DNA from: an uncultured virus (IMG/VR IMGVR_UViG_3300031857_000150)
Taxonomy: Duplodnaviria; Heunggongvirae; Uroviricota; Caudoviricetes
IMG/VR virus record: IMGVR_UViG_3300031857_000150
Strand: one strand, 5' to 3'
DNA length: 64,000 bases
The notes below the pieces were generated by a model. It had not been told where the DNA came from. It made no database searches and saw only the letters and a program-made list of their open reading frames with translations. The position numbers were made by a program, and so were the translations under genes. This document shows, piece after piece, positions 1 through 9,956 of the stretch; positions within the stretch are counted from its first letter, which is position 1; each line of letters begins with the position of its first letter.

Positions 1-9
1 GCGAGAGCT

Positions 10-504
10 TCATTTCTTCATCAGCTCCTTGGTCTTGTCCTTGCTGCTCTGGCTAGAACCAAAGAAGAAGTTCAGGATGGTAGCCACCACCGTACCAAGG
101 ATGAACCCAAGAACGGTATCGACGAACCGGATGTTCTTCTCCGGAATATCGGCTACCGTGATGAGAATGATGTAGCTAACTGCGAACACCGACCAGAACG
201 CTGCAAACAGATAGACGAACCGGCGCACCACAGGGTCAGCATTCTCCATCGCCTTCTCCTGCATGTCCCGCGCATCCTGCGTGTTCTTTAGGTCGATCTC
301 TGCCATGAACTCTGCGTGCTTCATAGCAGCCATCTGAATCTCTGCTAGCTTGCCGTCGTCCAGAACGCCGTTCTCATTCGGCTCCAGCTTGATGCCGAGC
401 TTCTCCTCGACATGCTCCAAGCCCTTATCCAGAACGGAGTCAGCCACCTTTTGCAAGCCAGCGCCTGCAAGTTGGGTCAGGATCGGTGCAAGCAGTGGCA
501 GCAT
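10..504 (-). CDS. holin-like membrane protein
   Basis: Two C-terminal hydrophobic helices ending FFFGSS. Its stop overlaps the start of the M15 peptidase gene across the genome junction. Confidence 0.55.
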   Translation of the reverse strand: MLPLLAPILTQLAGAGLQKVADSVLDKGLEHVEEKLGIKLEPNENGVLDDGKLAEIQMAAMKHAEFMAEIDLKNTQDARDMQEKAMENADPVVRRFVYLFAAFWSVFAVSYIILITVADIPEKNIRFVDTVLGFILGTVVATILNFFFGSSQSSKDKTKELMKK

Positions 505-914
505 TATCTTCCTCCGGCAGTGACCATATCGTCACCTTTGCGCACCGTGACTTTGCCGTCCTCGACATCCACGCGCATGGCAGGCTCCTGACGATCTAGC
601 TTGTCTAGCTTGTCAATCAACTGCTTCATGACCTCAAACTCGGGCTTGTCCTGTTTGGGCGTGGCACCAGCGATGCTGTTTAGCATTGAGATTAACGCCG
701 TAAGCGATGCGCCCAGAAGCCCCATGACCGCAGCCATCTTGCTTTCTTCCAGCCACAGACTAGCAAGGACGCCGATTACTACAATAGTTACGATAGAAGC
801 AAGACCAAACTTGCCGATAGCCTTGCCAGCCACTTCTTTTGCAGGGGAAGTAGCCTCCAGCTTGGCAAGCTCAACCTCTGCTTCCAGTTTTACTTTTTGC
901 AGTTCAGCGTCCAT
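504..914 (-). CDS. two-TM membrane protein, lysis-region associated
   Basis: Two hydrophobic segments; stop abuts the start of the holin-like gene. Confidence 0.5.
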   Translation of the reverse strand: MDAELQKVKLEAEVELAKLEATSPAKEVAGKAIGKFGLASIVTIVVIGVLASLWLEESKMAAVMGLLGASLTALISMLNSIAGATPKQDKPEFEVMKQLIDKLDKLDRQEPAMRVDVEDGKVTVRKGDDMVTAGGR

Positions 915-922
915 GATTCACC

Positions 923-1288
923 TCAAGCGGCTTCTTGTGCTACCCAGCTAGTCGTTGCTTCATCCCATGTGTACATCTGGCCGTCCGTCGGCATGTCTAC
1001 CGGCGCTTTCCACTGGCAGGTTTGCTCATCTAACATCCAAGATGGGAACGGCTTAGGCGGGATAAACGCATCACGCTGCTCGTCAAAGGTGTAGCCCTGA
1101 CCGGCGTAGTTCTTGCGCTTGTTGCCGTTGTAGCTTGTCTGCACCCAGCGGCCACCCAGCAGGCGCTCACAGAACGCTGCCCCGATGTGTTCCTTCTCGA
1201 TGCCGTTAGCGTCGGCTGTGTCTCTGTTGTCGACCACGATAACGCGCAGTACCTCGTTATTGGGGCCAAGCTCCGCGAAATGTGCCAT
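923..1288 (-). CDS. tail-fibre associated/assembly-type protein
   Basis: MAHFAEL...WVQTSYN...FIPPKPFPSW...WDEATTSW pattern typical of small proteins next to phage fibre genes. Confidence 0.5.
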   Translation of the reverse strand: MAHFAELGPNNEVLRVIVVDNRDTADANGIEKEHIGAAFCERLLGGRWVQTSYNGNKRKNYAGQGYTFDEQRDAFIPPKPFPSWMLDEQTCQWKAPVDMPTDGQMYTWDEATTSWVAQEAA

Positions 1289-1896
1289 CAGTCTTCTCCT
1301 AATTCCAGTCCAGTTAAGCTCTCATCGACACCGATGTGCCCCTTGAGAAAGGTGTTAAACGAAATGCTGATCCGAGTATCAAAGCCGACCTTCGTCTCAA
1401 CCATGTGCTCAAGATGCGACGGAAACAGAATCAAGTCACCTGACCCGACCTCGAACCACCAGCTCTCCGAGTTCCAGTGATTCCAGTTCTCAGGATGAAT
1501 TTTGATACGCTCGTAGCCGCTCTTGTAAAAGTAAATCTTGTCCACCGCCCGATCCGCCTGCGGGTAAAACACACCGCTGATAAAACTGTTCGGATGCGCG
1601 TGCTTGTGGTGATACTGACCCGGCTCGGTATAGTTTGCCCAGGACTGCGTGACGTACAGCGCAACATCACCTTTGGGGTCATGAATCGTCTTGAAGTATT
1701 CCAGCATCGCGTCTTCGATGAAGTCACGAACGTCTGTCATCTCTTTGTTCTTCAGGATCTTTCGGTCGGCACTGGTCGTGTTGCCCTGATTGGCATAACG
1801 CTCTTGGCCGAGCAGGAAGTCCAACTCGGTCTTAATCAGGTCACGCCCGAGGCGGAAGAACCCAACTGGCAGCGGGAATAGGTTATGGACGTTCAT
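1288..1896 (-). CDS. 2OG-Fe(II) oxygenase (TIGR02466-like)
   Basis: SWAN...HxHPNSFISGVFY...LILFPSHLEH...RISISFN motifs. Confidence 0.8.
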   Translation of the reverse strand: MNVHNLFPLPVGFFRLGRDLIKTELDFLLGQERYANQGNTTSADRKILKNKEMTDVRDFIEDAMLEYFKTIHDPKGDVALYVTQSWANYTEPGQYHHKHAHPNSFISGVFYPQADRAVDKIYFYKSGYERIKIHPENWNHWNSESWWFEVGSGDLILFPSHLEHMVETKVGFDTRISISFNTFLKGHIGVDESLTGLELGED

Positions 1897-2150
1897 CCGT
1901 TCACCGCCTTGTCGTACTCGCGCTGCTGGCCGGTAATCTGTGCAATTTGCTCTTCAGTCCAGATCGTGTTGATGCTGTCCTCGAAAGCCTTGATCTTCTC
2001 CATCGTGGCGTGGACTTCTTCCATCGTCGGGCAGGGACGTGGGTCTTCCCATACGGAGAAGAAGTTATTCGTGATCTCCCATCGTGCGCCTGGACGCAGC
2101 AAGTGCATAGCTGTGTCGATGCCGTACATCATGTAAATTTTGTTGTCCAT
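1893..2150 (-). CDS. small fibre-associated protein (XkdW-like)
   Basis: LRPGARWEI...WEDPRPCPT pattern; directly downstream of a fibre gene. Confidence 0.4.
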   Translation of the reverse strand: MDNKIYMMYGIDTAMHLLRPGARWEITNNFFSVWEDPRPCPTMEEVHATMEKIKAFEDSINTIWTEEQIAQITGQQREYDKAVNG

Positions 2151-2155
2151 AAATG

Positions 2156-3856
2156 TTATGAGTTTGTTTTTAAGATAACGATACCTGAACCGCCAAATCC
2201 AAAAACAGCCGGATCATTAGCGGCACCACCACCACCTCCTCCTCTATTGGTCACGCCGTTGCTACCAGCAGTACCACCGTTACCGCCACCGCCAGTTCCG
2301 CCAATAGTAGCTGGCGCGGCGGCATCCACCCTTGAGGCACCACCACCACCACCAGCATAAGTTACGGAAGAACCAGAAATTGTTGATGCTGTGCCATTGC
2401 CGCCATTCCCGCCTTGCTGACCACTGACGGCACTTTGACCTGCTACACTAGCTCCGCCACCGCCACCTCCAGCTCCATTAAAAGAACTGCCACCACCGCC
2501 TCCCCCACCGTTATTACCTTGTGATGGAGATGTGTTTGGCGTGTTTCCTGCACCGCCAGTGCCGTTTGGTGCGCCAGTGTTGTTATCGGTTCCGCATCCC
2601 CCTCCACCACTACCACCACTATTGCCGTTCCGACCTGGAGATGAAGGGTCATAATTTGTTACCGAACCCCCATATCCACCACCGTTGGCTGTGATTGTTG
2701 AAAAACTAGAATTTGATCCGTTTGTATTAGCAACGCCGCCTGCACCAACAGTAATTGTGTAATTTACTCCGGAAGTAACAGAAAACGCAGTTCCAGTTCT
2801 AAATCCACCAGCGCCACCCCCGCCGCCAAATGCTTTTCCACCGCCGCCACCCCCGGCTACCACCAGATAATCAACACTGGTTACGCCCGGCGGACATGTC
2901 CACGAGCCGGATGCAGGGAATGTCAGTATGGCTGTTTGTGGTGCTAGGTATCTGATGATGACAATACCGCTGCCGCCGGTGCCTGCTGCGCCAAAAGTTG
3001 AAGGTGCAGTAGCACCACCACCTCCGCCACCACCACCTGTATTGGTGGCGCCATTGCTTCCAGCAACACTGCCTGAGTTAGAAGCGTTTCCACCCCCACC
3101 TGTGCCGCCGATGCCTGCTGTTCTGCCACCAGCAACACCACCGCCACCGCCACCAGCGTAAGTAGTGCTGCTGCCGCTAATGCTTGACGCAGTTCCATTA
3201 CCGCCATTGCCACCAGCGCCACTTGTTACTCCATTTCCTCCGGTTGCACTTGCGCCACCGCCACCGCCACCACTTGAGCTAAATCCACCGCCAGATCCGT
3301 TTCCGCCGTTGTTTCCTTGTGATGGAGATGTGCTTGGTGTATTCCCAGCAGCACCAGTTCCAGCAGGATCACCTTGACCGCCACCTCCAGAGCCACCTGT
3401 TTGCGCTGGAGATGGAGTACTGTAACCGCCACCACCACCGCCCGTAGAAGTGATAGCCGAAAAAACAGAATCGCCACCGTTAAGTCCTCTAGCAGCAGCT
3501 TGTGCAGCACCGCCAGCACCAACAGTAATTGTGTATGTGGTTCCAGGTATAACAGCTAAACCAGTGCCAGTACGGAATCCACCTGCACCTCCACCACCAC
3601 CAAGACCGCCACCCTGTCCACCAGCACCACCGCCTGCCACCACTAGGTAGTCCACCTGCGACACGCCGTCAGGACATGTCCAACTACCGCTGGCCGTGAA
3701 AGTCAGCACCACCGTGTTTTGATTCTGGCTGCCCGGCCACACGCCTGCTTTTATCGCCTGCAATGCCTGCTGTAGCGTCCAGATGCCCGACGCCTGCGTG
3801 GTAGACGGGCGCACCAGATTCTTCGTGATGATATTGCCGGGATAGTTACCGCTCAT
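2156..3856 (-). CDS. glycine-rich tail fibre/adhesin-like protein, two Gly-rich domains
   Basis: Two units of FxASGSWTCP-GV..VDYLVVAGGG...GGSGIVI. Confidence 0.7.
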   Translation of the reverse strand: MSGNYPGNIITKNLVRPSTTQASGIWTLQQALQAIKAGVWPGSQNQNTVVLTFTASGSWTCPDGVSQVDYLVVAGGGAGGQGGGLGGGGGAGGFRTGTGLAVIPGTTYTITVGAGGAAQAAARGLNGGDSVFSAITSTGGGGGGYSTPSPAQTGGSGGGGQGDPAGTGAAGNTPSTSPSQGNNGGNGSGGGFSSSGGGGGGASATGGNGVTSGAGGNGGNGTASSISGSSTTYAGGGGGGVAGGRTAGIGGTGGGGNASNSGSVAGSNGATNTGGGGGGGGATAPSTFGAAGTGGSGIVIIRYLAPQTAILTFPASGSWTCPPGVTSVDYLVVAGGGGGGKAFGGGGGAGGFRTGTAFSVTSGVNYTITVGAGGVANTNGSNSSFSTITANGGGYGGSVTNYDPSSPGRNGNSGGSGGGGCGTDNNTGAPNGTGGAGNTPNTSPSQGNNGGGGGGGSSFNGAGGGGGGASVAGQSAVSGQQGGNGGNGTASTISGSSVTYAGGGGGASRVDAAAPATIGGTGGGGNGGTAGSNGVTNRGGGGGGAANDPAVFGFGGSGIVILKTNS

Positions 3857-3864
3857 GTCTCACC

Positions 3865-5535
3865 TTATTGATTGCATCTAATGATGACGATACCGGAGCC
3901 GCCTGTGCCGCCAACTACAGGGCTTGAGTTACTTCCACCTCCACCGCCGCCACCAGTATTAGCTACACCGGGAGCGCCGGTGCTTCCAGATATCCCGCCA
4001 TCGCCGCCACCACCAGATCCACCTACACCTCTAGCCGCACCTTGTAGAGTTGCGCCTGCACCGCCGCCGCCTGCATAAAACGTTGACAAACCAGAAATGG
4101 TAGATGCTGTTCCGTTTCCACCTTTGCCACCTTGAGAGCCAGAGCCGTCACTGCCAGTTTCTGTCGCGCCTCCACCACCACCTGCTGGGAAAGGAGAAGC
4201 ACTGTTTACTGAATTTCCACCTTTCGTACCTTCAGATGGACTGTATCCGCCTGCATTTCCAGAACCGCCAACATAATTACTAGGAGCATTCGTTGAAGAT
4301 GCACCTCCACCCGATCCGCCGGGGGTTCCACTTGCGTTGTTATTTGCTCTACCGCCACCAGTAGAGCTAATAGTAGAAAATGTACTGTTTACACCGTTAG
4401 AACCACTAACGCCACCCGCGCCGCCAGCACCTACCGTAATCGTATATTCTGTTCCAGCCGTAATAGATAGAGCAGTACCCGTTCTAAAACCACCAGCACC
4501 ACCAGCACCGCCACCGTTGGCATCACCAGCTCCGCCACCGCCACCAGCCACAACTAAATAATCTATCGAGCGAACACCGACCGGCGCTACCCACCGCTGC
4601 GTGGAGTTAAATATAAACAGGCTTTGATTTGGGGCTATGTAGCGGATGATGACAATTCCAGAACCGCCAGTGCCGCCTACGCCGCCAGCAGTTGAATCAC
4701 TTCCACCACCACCACCACCGCCACCGCCGGTATTTACCAAACCATTTGATCCTGCACTGTTTGTGCCCGCCCCAGCGTTGCCACCGCCTCCTAATCCTCC
4801 AACACCTCCGGTGCCCGCAGGGCTTGGCGCATATATAGCACCACCACCGCCACCAGCATAATTTACCGATACGCCAGATAAAGTAGAGGCTGATCCATTT
4901 CCACCATTACCGCCTAAAGTGCCGTTGCCATTTGCGCCAAGAGCACTTGCACCACCACCGCCACCCGCAGCGTAAGGAACTGTTGTTGTCCCGTTTGTGC
5001 CGCCGTTGTTACCTTGGCTTGGCGTAGTCGCCGGTGTATTTCCTAAGCCTGCGGTGGTTATGCCTGTACTAAACGCACCGCCACCTCCACCAGATCCACC
5101 TGATCCAGCCTCGGTTGTCGATATATTCCCAATTCGCGCACCCCTACCGCCGCCTGTTGAAGCAATTGTAGAGAGTATTGAGTTGCCGCCGTTACCCGCT
5201 TGAGTTGGGCTACCAAATCCGCCTGTTCCAGCAGTACCTCCTGCACCAACCGTAATCGCGTACGTTCCGCCCGGTGTTACAGGAAAAGCCGAACCGGTTC
5301 TAAAGCCTCCCGCGCCACCACCACCAGAGGCACCACCTCCGCCTCCAGCCACCACCAGATAGTCCACCGCCGTCACACCAGCAGGCGCAGTCCATGTGCC
5401 CGACGCAGTAAAGGTCTGCACGACGGTGACGCCCGCAGGCCAGTTGCCCAGCGTCCATATCCCAGAAGCAAAGCCGGGGGTGTACAGCGGAGAACTCGCG
5501 CTGATGATATTGCCGGGATACCCGTGAATTGCCAT
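3865..5535 (-). CDS. glycine-rich tail fibre/adhesin-like protein, paralog of 2156-3856
   Basis: Same N-terminus (YPGNII...ASGIWTL) and two DYLVVAGGG...GGSGIVII units. Confidence 0.7.
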   Translation of the reverse strand: MAIHGYPGNIISASSPLYTPGFASGIWTLGNWPAGVTVVQTFTASGTWTAPAGVTAVDYLVVAGGGGGASGGGGAGGFRTGSAFPVTPGGTYAITVGAGGTAGTGGFGSPTQAGNGGNSILSTIASTGGGRGARIGNISTTEAGSGGSGGGGGAFSTGITTAGLGNTPATTPSQGNNGGTNGTTTVPYAAGGGGGASALGANGNGTLGGNGGNGSASTLSGVSVNYAGGGGGAIYAPSPAGTGGVGGLGGGGNAGAGTNSAGSNGLVNTGGGGGGGGGSDSTAGGVGGTGGSGIVIIRYIAPNQSLFIFNSTQRWVAPVGVRSIDYLVVAGGGGGAGDANGGGAGGAGGFRTGTALSITAGTEYTITVGAGGAGGVSGSNGVNSTFSTISSTGGGRANNNASGTPGGSGGGASSTNAPSNYVGGSGNAGGYSPSEGTKGGNSVNSASPFPAGGGGGATETGSDGSGSQGGKGGNGTASTISGLSTFYAGGGGAGATLQGAARGVGGSGGGGDGGISGSTGAPGVANTGGGGGGGSNSSPVVGGTGGSGIVIIRCNQ

Positions 5536-5544
5536 GACTAACCC

Positions 5545-5946
5545 TTACGAGCTGATCTGTTCGTAGCTAACCGAGAATGAAATCGCGTTATTCGTACCCG
5601 TCGCGACAATGATTGCCTTGTCTTCGAGCAGATACGTTGCCGTCGTTTTATCCATCACGATCAGCGACGCAAACGCCGGAACCGAAATGTTTGACGCAAT
5701 CGGGAACGCGTTAGCCGACGTCACCACCACAGCGTTACCAGCCACCACGTTACCGCTGGTGAAGATCATCACAGTAGCGTTCGCCGCAGTGTTGGTTGAG
5801 TTCGCCGCCACGATCTGATCCAACTTGAATACATTGCCAGAGTTGACCGCGTTGGTAACAAGTACAAAGTTAGACGTGTTCGCAGGGGTCAGATATGTCG
5901 TCTGACCGTAGATTTGTGTCACATTGATAATATTCGGGTTCGCCAC
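5545..5946 (-). CDS. virion structural protein
   Basis: GTG start after AGGAG; beta-rich MANPNI...SYEQIS protein in the tail module. Confidence 0.55.
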   Translation of the reverse strand: MANPNIINVTQIYGQTTYLTPANTSNFVLVTNAVNSGNVFKLDQIVAANSTNTAANATVMIFTSGNVVAGNAVVVTSANAFPIASNISVPAFASLIVMDKTTATYLLEDKAIIVATGTNNAISFSVSYEQISS

Positions 5947-5957
5947 AGCGTTCTCCT

Positions 5958-6062
5958 TTATGAGTGATTTGACCTACCAGCGCCAGAAACTTTACGGATC
6001 AAGTACCCATCACTGTGGTACTCAAAAAGCTCCCGCACCTTTTCTTGGGTAAGTGTTGTCAT
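5958..6062 (-). pseudogene. truncated N-terminal remnant of an HNH homing endonuclease
   Basis: Translated by hand: MTTLTQEKVRELFEYHSDGYLIRKVSGAGRSNHS*, resembling the start of phage HNH(-AP2) endonucleases; no catalytic domain follows. Confidence 0.5.
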
Positions 6063-6063
6063 T

Positions 6064-6813
6064 TTAGAAACCAAAAATCATTGACAAAGCGATACTTTTT
6101 CCAGCGGTAATGCCAGACGCCGCAGGAGTCTGACTAACCCAAGTTGTGCCATTACTTGTGAGCACGTTACCACTTGCACCCGGACCAACAAAGTTGACCG
6201 CTGTTGTGCCATTTCCAAGAACCACATTGTTTGCTGTCAGCGTTGCCCGACCTGTGCCGCCGCTTGCCACACTCAGCGCATTGGTCAAGTTCAGCGTAGC
6301 AATGTTCGCCGTGTTGGTTACGGTAACGTTAGACACATTCACCGAAGCAACGTTGACGCTGTTCGTCACCGTGACGTTAGAAACGGCAAGCTCCGTAATG
6401 TAGTTAATTACCTCTGCCACATTGATGGAGTCGTTGTACACAGCCATGTTTCTACCGGCTGGGATCGTGACTGTCACGCCGGTCGGCGAAGCGTTGGTGC
6501 CGTTAGAAATCACCACAGAATTCGATAGGTTGTTGACTATCAAATACTGCTTCTCTATCGCGGGGATAAACAGCGTCTGCCGGTTGGTGATGGAGCCAAC
6601 CAGATTCAGTTCCAAGTTACGAGCAGCCTGGCTAGCGTTCGTGTCTGTTAACGCTATCGCTACGTTCGAGCCAGCAAACGTGACGTTGGCAGAACCGGTA
6701 ATCGCTTCTTCTAAGGCTGTACCGAGGTTGACGTTCGTGGTTGTGCCCCACGTACCTGCTTGGTCGCCAGTGCCGATCAACTCGATCTTTAGCTGGGAAT
6801 ATGTACTTGCCAT
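6064..6813 (-). CDS. tail fibre/virion protein
   Basis: MASTYS.LKIELIGTG.QAGTWG N-terminus; SVASGGTG and GNVLTSNGTTW fibre repeats. Confidence 0.65.
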   Translation of the reverse strand: MASTYSQLKIELIGTGDQAGTWGTTTNVNLGTALEEAITGSANVTFAGSNVAIALTDTNASQAARNLELNLVGSITNRQTLFIPAIEKQYLIVNNLSNSVVISNGTNASPTGVTVTIPAGRNMAVYNDSINVAEVINYITELAVSNVTVTNSVNVASVNVSNVTVTNTANIATLNLTNALSVASGGTGRATLTANNVVLGNGTTAVNFVGPGASGNVLTSNGTTWVSQTPAASGITAGKSIALSMIFGF

Positions 6814-6825
6814 AATCTTTCCTTA

Positions 6826-7797
6826 CTAAATGGTGTTTATGAGCGTCCAGCTTGCGTTGTCTGTCGTACTCACGGTTGCCCAGCCCGGCGACTGCGGGTT
6901 GTTGATATCCACCCAATTTGCCGTCTGACTGTCATTAATTAATTCCCACAAATACCTGCAACTAACAACATCCGATGCTCTCGCGCTTTCTCCAATAAAA
7001 ACATCGTTGTCTGATTCTGCGCCATCTTCAGCTAGTGCCGTCGCGTTCTCTGTAATCTTGACCATGAACTGCGCCAACGCGCTGAACAGGTCTTGTGTCG
7101 ATACAGATTCTTCAATCGACGCTACCGTAGTCCTTACAACATTCGCCGTATCCGCTATCGCAGCCGACTCGGCTACTGATCCAGAAATTCCAAACGCACT
7201 CGTTATTACATCCGACGCATTTGCAGTTTCATCAATTACACCAAGAATAAATACACTTCGCTGAACAAAATCCGATGCTGCTGCTGCTTCGTTTACTGCC
7301 GTCGGTATGGTTGCACTTACGCTTACTCTGTCGCTACCTGCCGCGCTATCCGCAACAACCACACTAAACGTTGCCTGCGATGCTACCGTTTCTGCTGCTG
7401 CCGCCGACTCGGATACCGAGTTGGTGAATACCACCAGGCTGCTTACAGCATCACTCGCAAATACCGTTTCGCTCACCGCGCCAGATACAGTCCTAGCGCT
7501 AAATACCTGATCTGCTGCTACTACCGATTCTGCTATCGCCGCCGTCGCGTTCAGCGCGGCACTTACTACGTCTACTATCTGTACGAACTCTGATACTGTC
7601 ACTGCAATCGGCGGTGTCGCCGCTACGTTGACACTATCCGATGCGGTGATTAACCCGCCGTTACCAAGCCCCCAGCCGTCTGATCCCCACGGACCATTAC
7701 CCCAGCCGCCGTTCGAGATGACAGGGTAGTAGACCGAGCAGCCCCATCCAGCTTCTGCCCATGTGCCACTACCAAATCCGCCATCAACGATTGCCAC
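6826..7797 (-). CDS. virion protein with repeated ES-x-x-A-S/A-D motifs
   Basis: GW-rich N-terminus followed by many periodic SE/AE..ASD repeats. Confidence 0.55.
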   Translation of the reverse strand: MAIVDGGFGSGTWAEAGWGCSVYYPVISNGGWGNGPWGSDGWGLGNGGLITASDSVNVAATPPIAVTVSEFVQIVDVVSAALNATAAIAESVVAADQVFSARTVSGAVSETVFASDAVSSLVVFTNSVSESAAAAETVASQATFSVVVADSAAGSDRVSVSATIPTAVNEAAAASDFVQRSVFILGVIDETANASDVITSAFGISGSVAESAAIADTANVVRTTVASIEESVSTQDLFSALAQFMVKITENATALAEDGAESDNDVFIGESARASDVVSCRYLWELINDSQTANWVDINNPQSPGWATVSTTDNASWTLINTI

Positions 7798-7800
7798 ATA

Positions 7801-7974
7801 TTACTCCGCAGACTCTAGCTCATCAGCCTTAAACCAGCGGGAATGAACCTGACCATCGTCGCCCGTCCAGTCCAGCAGGCACCACACGGTGCCATCTTCA
7901 TCCATACGCATAGAGGCAATCGGACCCTGCGGCACGACTGCCTTGAGCTTCACAACGTCGCCCTTCTTGTACAT
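7801..7974 (-). CDS. small hypothetical protein (57 aa, YodC-like)
   Basis: Not in the ORF track. MYKKGDVVKLK...SRWFKADELESAE with upstream AGGAG; fills the gap in the operon. Confidence 0.6.
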   Translation of the reverse strand: MYKKGDVVKLKAVVPQGPIASMRMDEDGTVWCLLDWTGDDGQVHSRWFKADELESAE

Positions 7975-7986
7975 GTTCAGCTCCTA

Positions 7987-8562
7987 TCAGGTCGCATCAA
8001 GGTTGAAAGAGTAGGTCACGTTCAGAACGTCACCGCTCACCACCGTACGGTCGCCAGGCGCTTGGAAGTCAGACACCGAGAACAGCAATCCTGATGTGCC
8101 CGTTGCCACGTTCGCCAAGAACGCACCAGCAATTGTGGCATTCGCGTTCATCGTGAACGACGCGGTAGAAGATGCGTTGTTGATGTTGGACGGATCTGCC
8201 AACGTAGCGGAACCAAACGTAGCCGCCTTGCGATCACCAGTGTAGTTACTGTTTTCATCCCAACCTACGTGAGATGCCAAAGTGTCGCCACCAGAAAACG
8301 TTGTACTGGCGGATGTGCCATTCACAAGACCAACGTACCAAGCAGCCGTGTAGCCACTGCCGCTAAAGTACTTGTTGTTCATGTCCTGTAAACCCGTGTT
8401 CACCACGAGGTTCGGGCAGATGTCTACCCACTTCTGGTTGCCTTCGCTGTCACGGCAAGTAACGGTAAACACACCGCCAGCCGACAGCTTTTCATCAAAG
8501 CCAGTTTTACGAGCGACAGCGCCGTTGACGGTTTCGCTTGACTTAGAAGTTTCGATGCTCAT
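7987..8562 (-). CDS. virion structural protein
   Basis: NLVVNTG...TVVSGDVLNVTY pattern; GAGGAG RBS. Confidence 0.6.
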   Translation of the reverse strand: MSIETSKSSETVNGAVARKTGFDEKLSAGGVFTVTCRDSEGNQKWVDICPNLVVNTGLQDMNNKYFSGSGYTAAWYVGLVNGTSASTTFSGGDTLASHVGWDENSNYTGDRKAATFGSATLADPSNINNASSTASFTMNANATIAGAFLANVATGTSGLLFSVSDFQAPGDRTVVSGDVLNVTYSFNLDAT

Positions 8563-8571
8563 AGCTACTCC

Positions 8572-8997
8572 TCAATTAATACGTATCAGCGCACTCGACG
8601 CCGTATCAGGTGGCAACACTACAGAGAACGTACCGTTGCCCGCCTGCGTCTTGTCACTACCAAAATCCAAAGTGGCTACCGACGCGTTTGCCCGAGTGAA
8701 GTTGTATATCAACGCCCCTCTGGTTACAAACTGTGCCGGGTTCCACACCACATTATCAAAGCTAACGTACACAATACCGTTGCTAGTTGAGTTGATGGTC
8801 ACGTTGGCTAACGCCTGACCCCCAGCCGAATATCCCACCCCGGTAATCTCATTGGTCGATGAGTACGCACTCGTGTTCTGATCCAGCTCCACGTAGCCGT
8901 CGTACAGCGCCATCTTCAACGTGTCTGATGCGATGTTCTGGCGGCCATTCAAGATGTCCACCTTGAAGCTCGTGGTCAGTCCCTGGTAGATCGTCAT
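8572..8997 (-). CDS. virion structural protein
   Basis: TSFK...LKMALY...NEI.G.GY.AGG...RGALIYN...LDFG.DK pattern. Confidence 0.6.
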   Translation of the reverse strand: MTIYQGLTTSFKVDILNGRQNIASDTLKMALYDGYVELDQNTSAYSSTNEITGVGYSAGGQALANVTINSTSNGIVYVSFDNVVWNPAQFVTRGALIYNFTRANASVATLDFGSDKTQAGNGTFSVVLPPDTASSALIRIN

Positions 8998-9677
8998 GTG
9001 ACCCTCACCCTGACTTGACCGCTACGGTATGCGTCCTGACGCTCCATACCATCGCCCAGACGTTTCAGTTGACCCATAGCCTCGTTGTACTTTGCCTCAA
9101 CATTCGCAATCAAATCCTGCTCGCCCTTCATGAACAGATACGCCTCGCGCAAAGCGCCGTACAGCAATATCGGATCATAGTTGTCACCCAGCCATGTGCG
9201 GCCATCCGGTGCTGTCGTGATTGACTCTGGGTAGTAGTAGTAGTGCAGCTCTACCGTGTACGCCGCATTCGGCGTTGGACCCAAGATAAATGTCAGCTCA
9301 TCCGTTACCAAGTTGCTGGTGGTCGATGGACCAAAGATCGCGTAGTACTGGGGCAAGCCAGTATCCGCAGGCGTCGGATATGCGGCACGGATGTAGTTCA
9401 CATCCTTGTTCAGCAGGTAGTGATATTCCTCGGTGGCAGTGCCGTAGTTTTCAATCACGGCCATGGAGTACACCGCCAGAAAATCGCCGGGCGCGGATAG
9501 ATACTTGTTGTTAGAGGACAGAATACCGGTCTTGTTGGCACGCAAGGCAGGAACCTGAACCGTGTTGTACACACGGGTTTCAGTCTGCCGCAGGAAAACA
9601 GGGATGTTATCTACGAACGTCTGCTCGTAGTTCTCCGTGTATTCCTGTATCGCGTTAACAAGCTCGGTATATGTCAT
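8994..9677 (-). CDS. head-tail adaptor/tail tubular protein
   Basis: MTY.EL...GPTP...YTVELHY...LLYGAL.EA pattern of podoviral adaptors. Confidence 0.6.
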   Translation of the reverse strand: MTYTELVNAIQEYTENYEQTFVDNIPVFLRQTETRVYNTVQVPALRANKTGILSSNNKYLSAPGDFLAVYSMAVIENYGTATEEYHYLLNKDVNYIRAAYPTPADTGLPQYYAIFGPSTTSNLVTDELTFILGPTPNAAYTVELHYYYYPESITTAPDGRTWLGDNYDPILLYGALREAYLFMKGEQDLIANVEAKYNEAMGQLKRLGDGMERQDAYRSGQVRVRVT

Positions 9678-9949
9678 GCCATCGGACCTCTAGCCATCAC
9701 GCCCTTGGTGGCTGCACCAGTACCGCGAATCTTGATACCCGTGGTCTTCGTGTCCTCGCGGCCAGGATCGCCCGCAGACACGCGCTGCACAGCCGTGCGC
9801 GGACCCAACTTATCGACAGCGATATTGTTGGGATCTTCCATTTTTTTCAGCTTGGCTGACACCGCCTTCCCAGTCATGGTGTGCGGTGGTGCGTACACAG
9901 AAGCGGGACCAACTTCCTTCCCGCCCTTTTTCATTGAGTACTTTGGCAT
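9674..9949 (-). CDS. small basic protein
   Basis: MKKGG motif; C-terminal IRGTGAATKG. Confidence 0.6.
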   Translation of the reverse strand: MPKYSMKKGGKEVGPASVYAPPHTMTGKAVSAKLKKMEDPNNIAVDKLGPRTAVQRVSAGDPGREDTKTTGIKIRGTGAATKGVMARGPMA

Positions 9950-9956
9950 ATCAACC

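Noticed and set aside
2928..5203. Many Pro-rich plus-strand ORFs
   Set aside because: Reverse complement of the poly-Gly codons of the fibre genes.
2156..5535. Diversity-generating retroelement acting on the fibres
   Set aside because: No reverse transcriptase, and no TR/VR pair with adenine-specific differences was seen.
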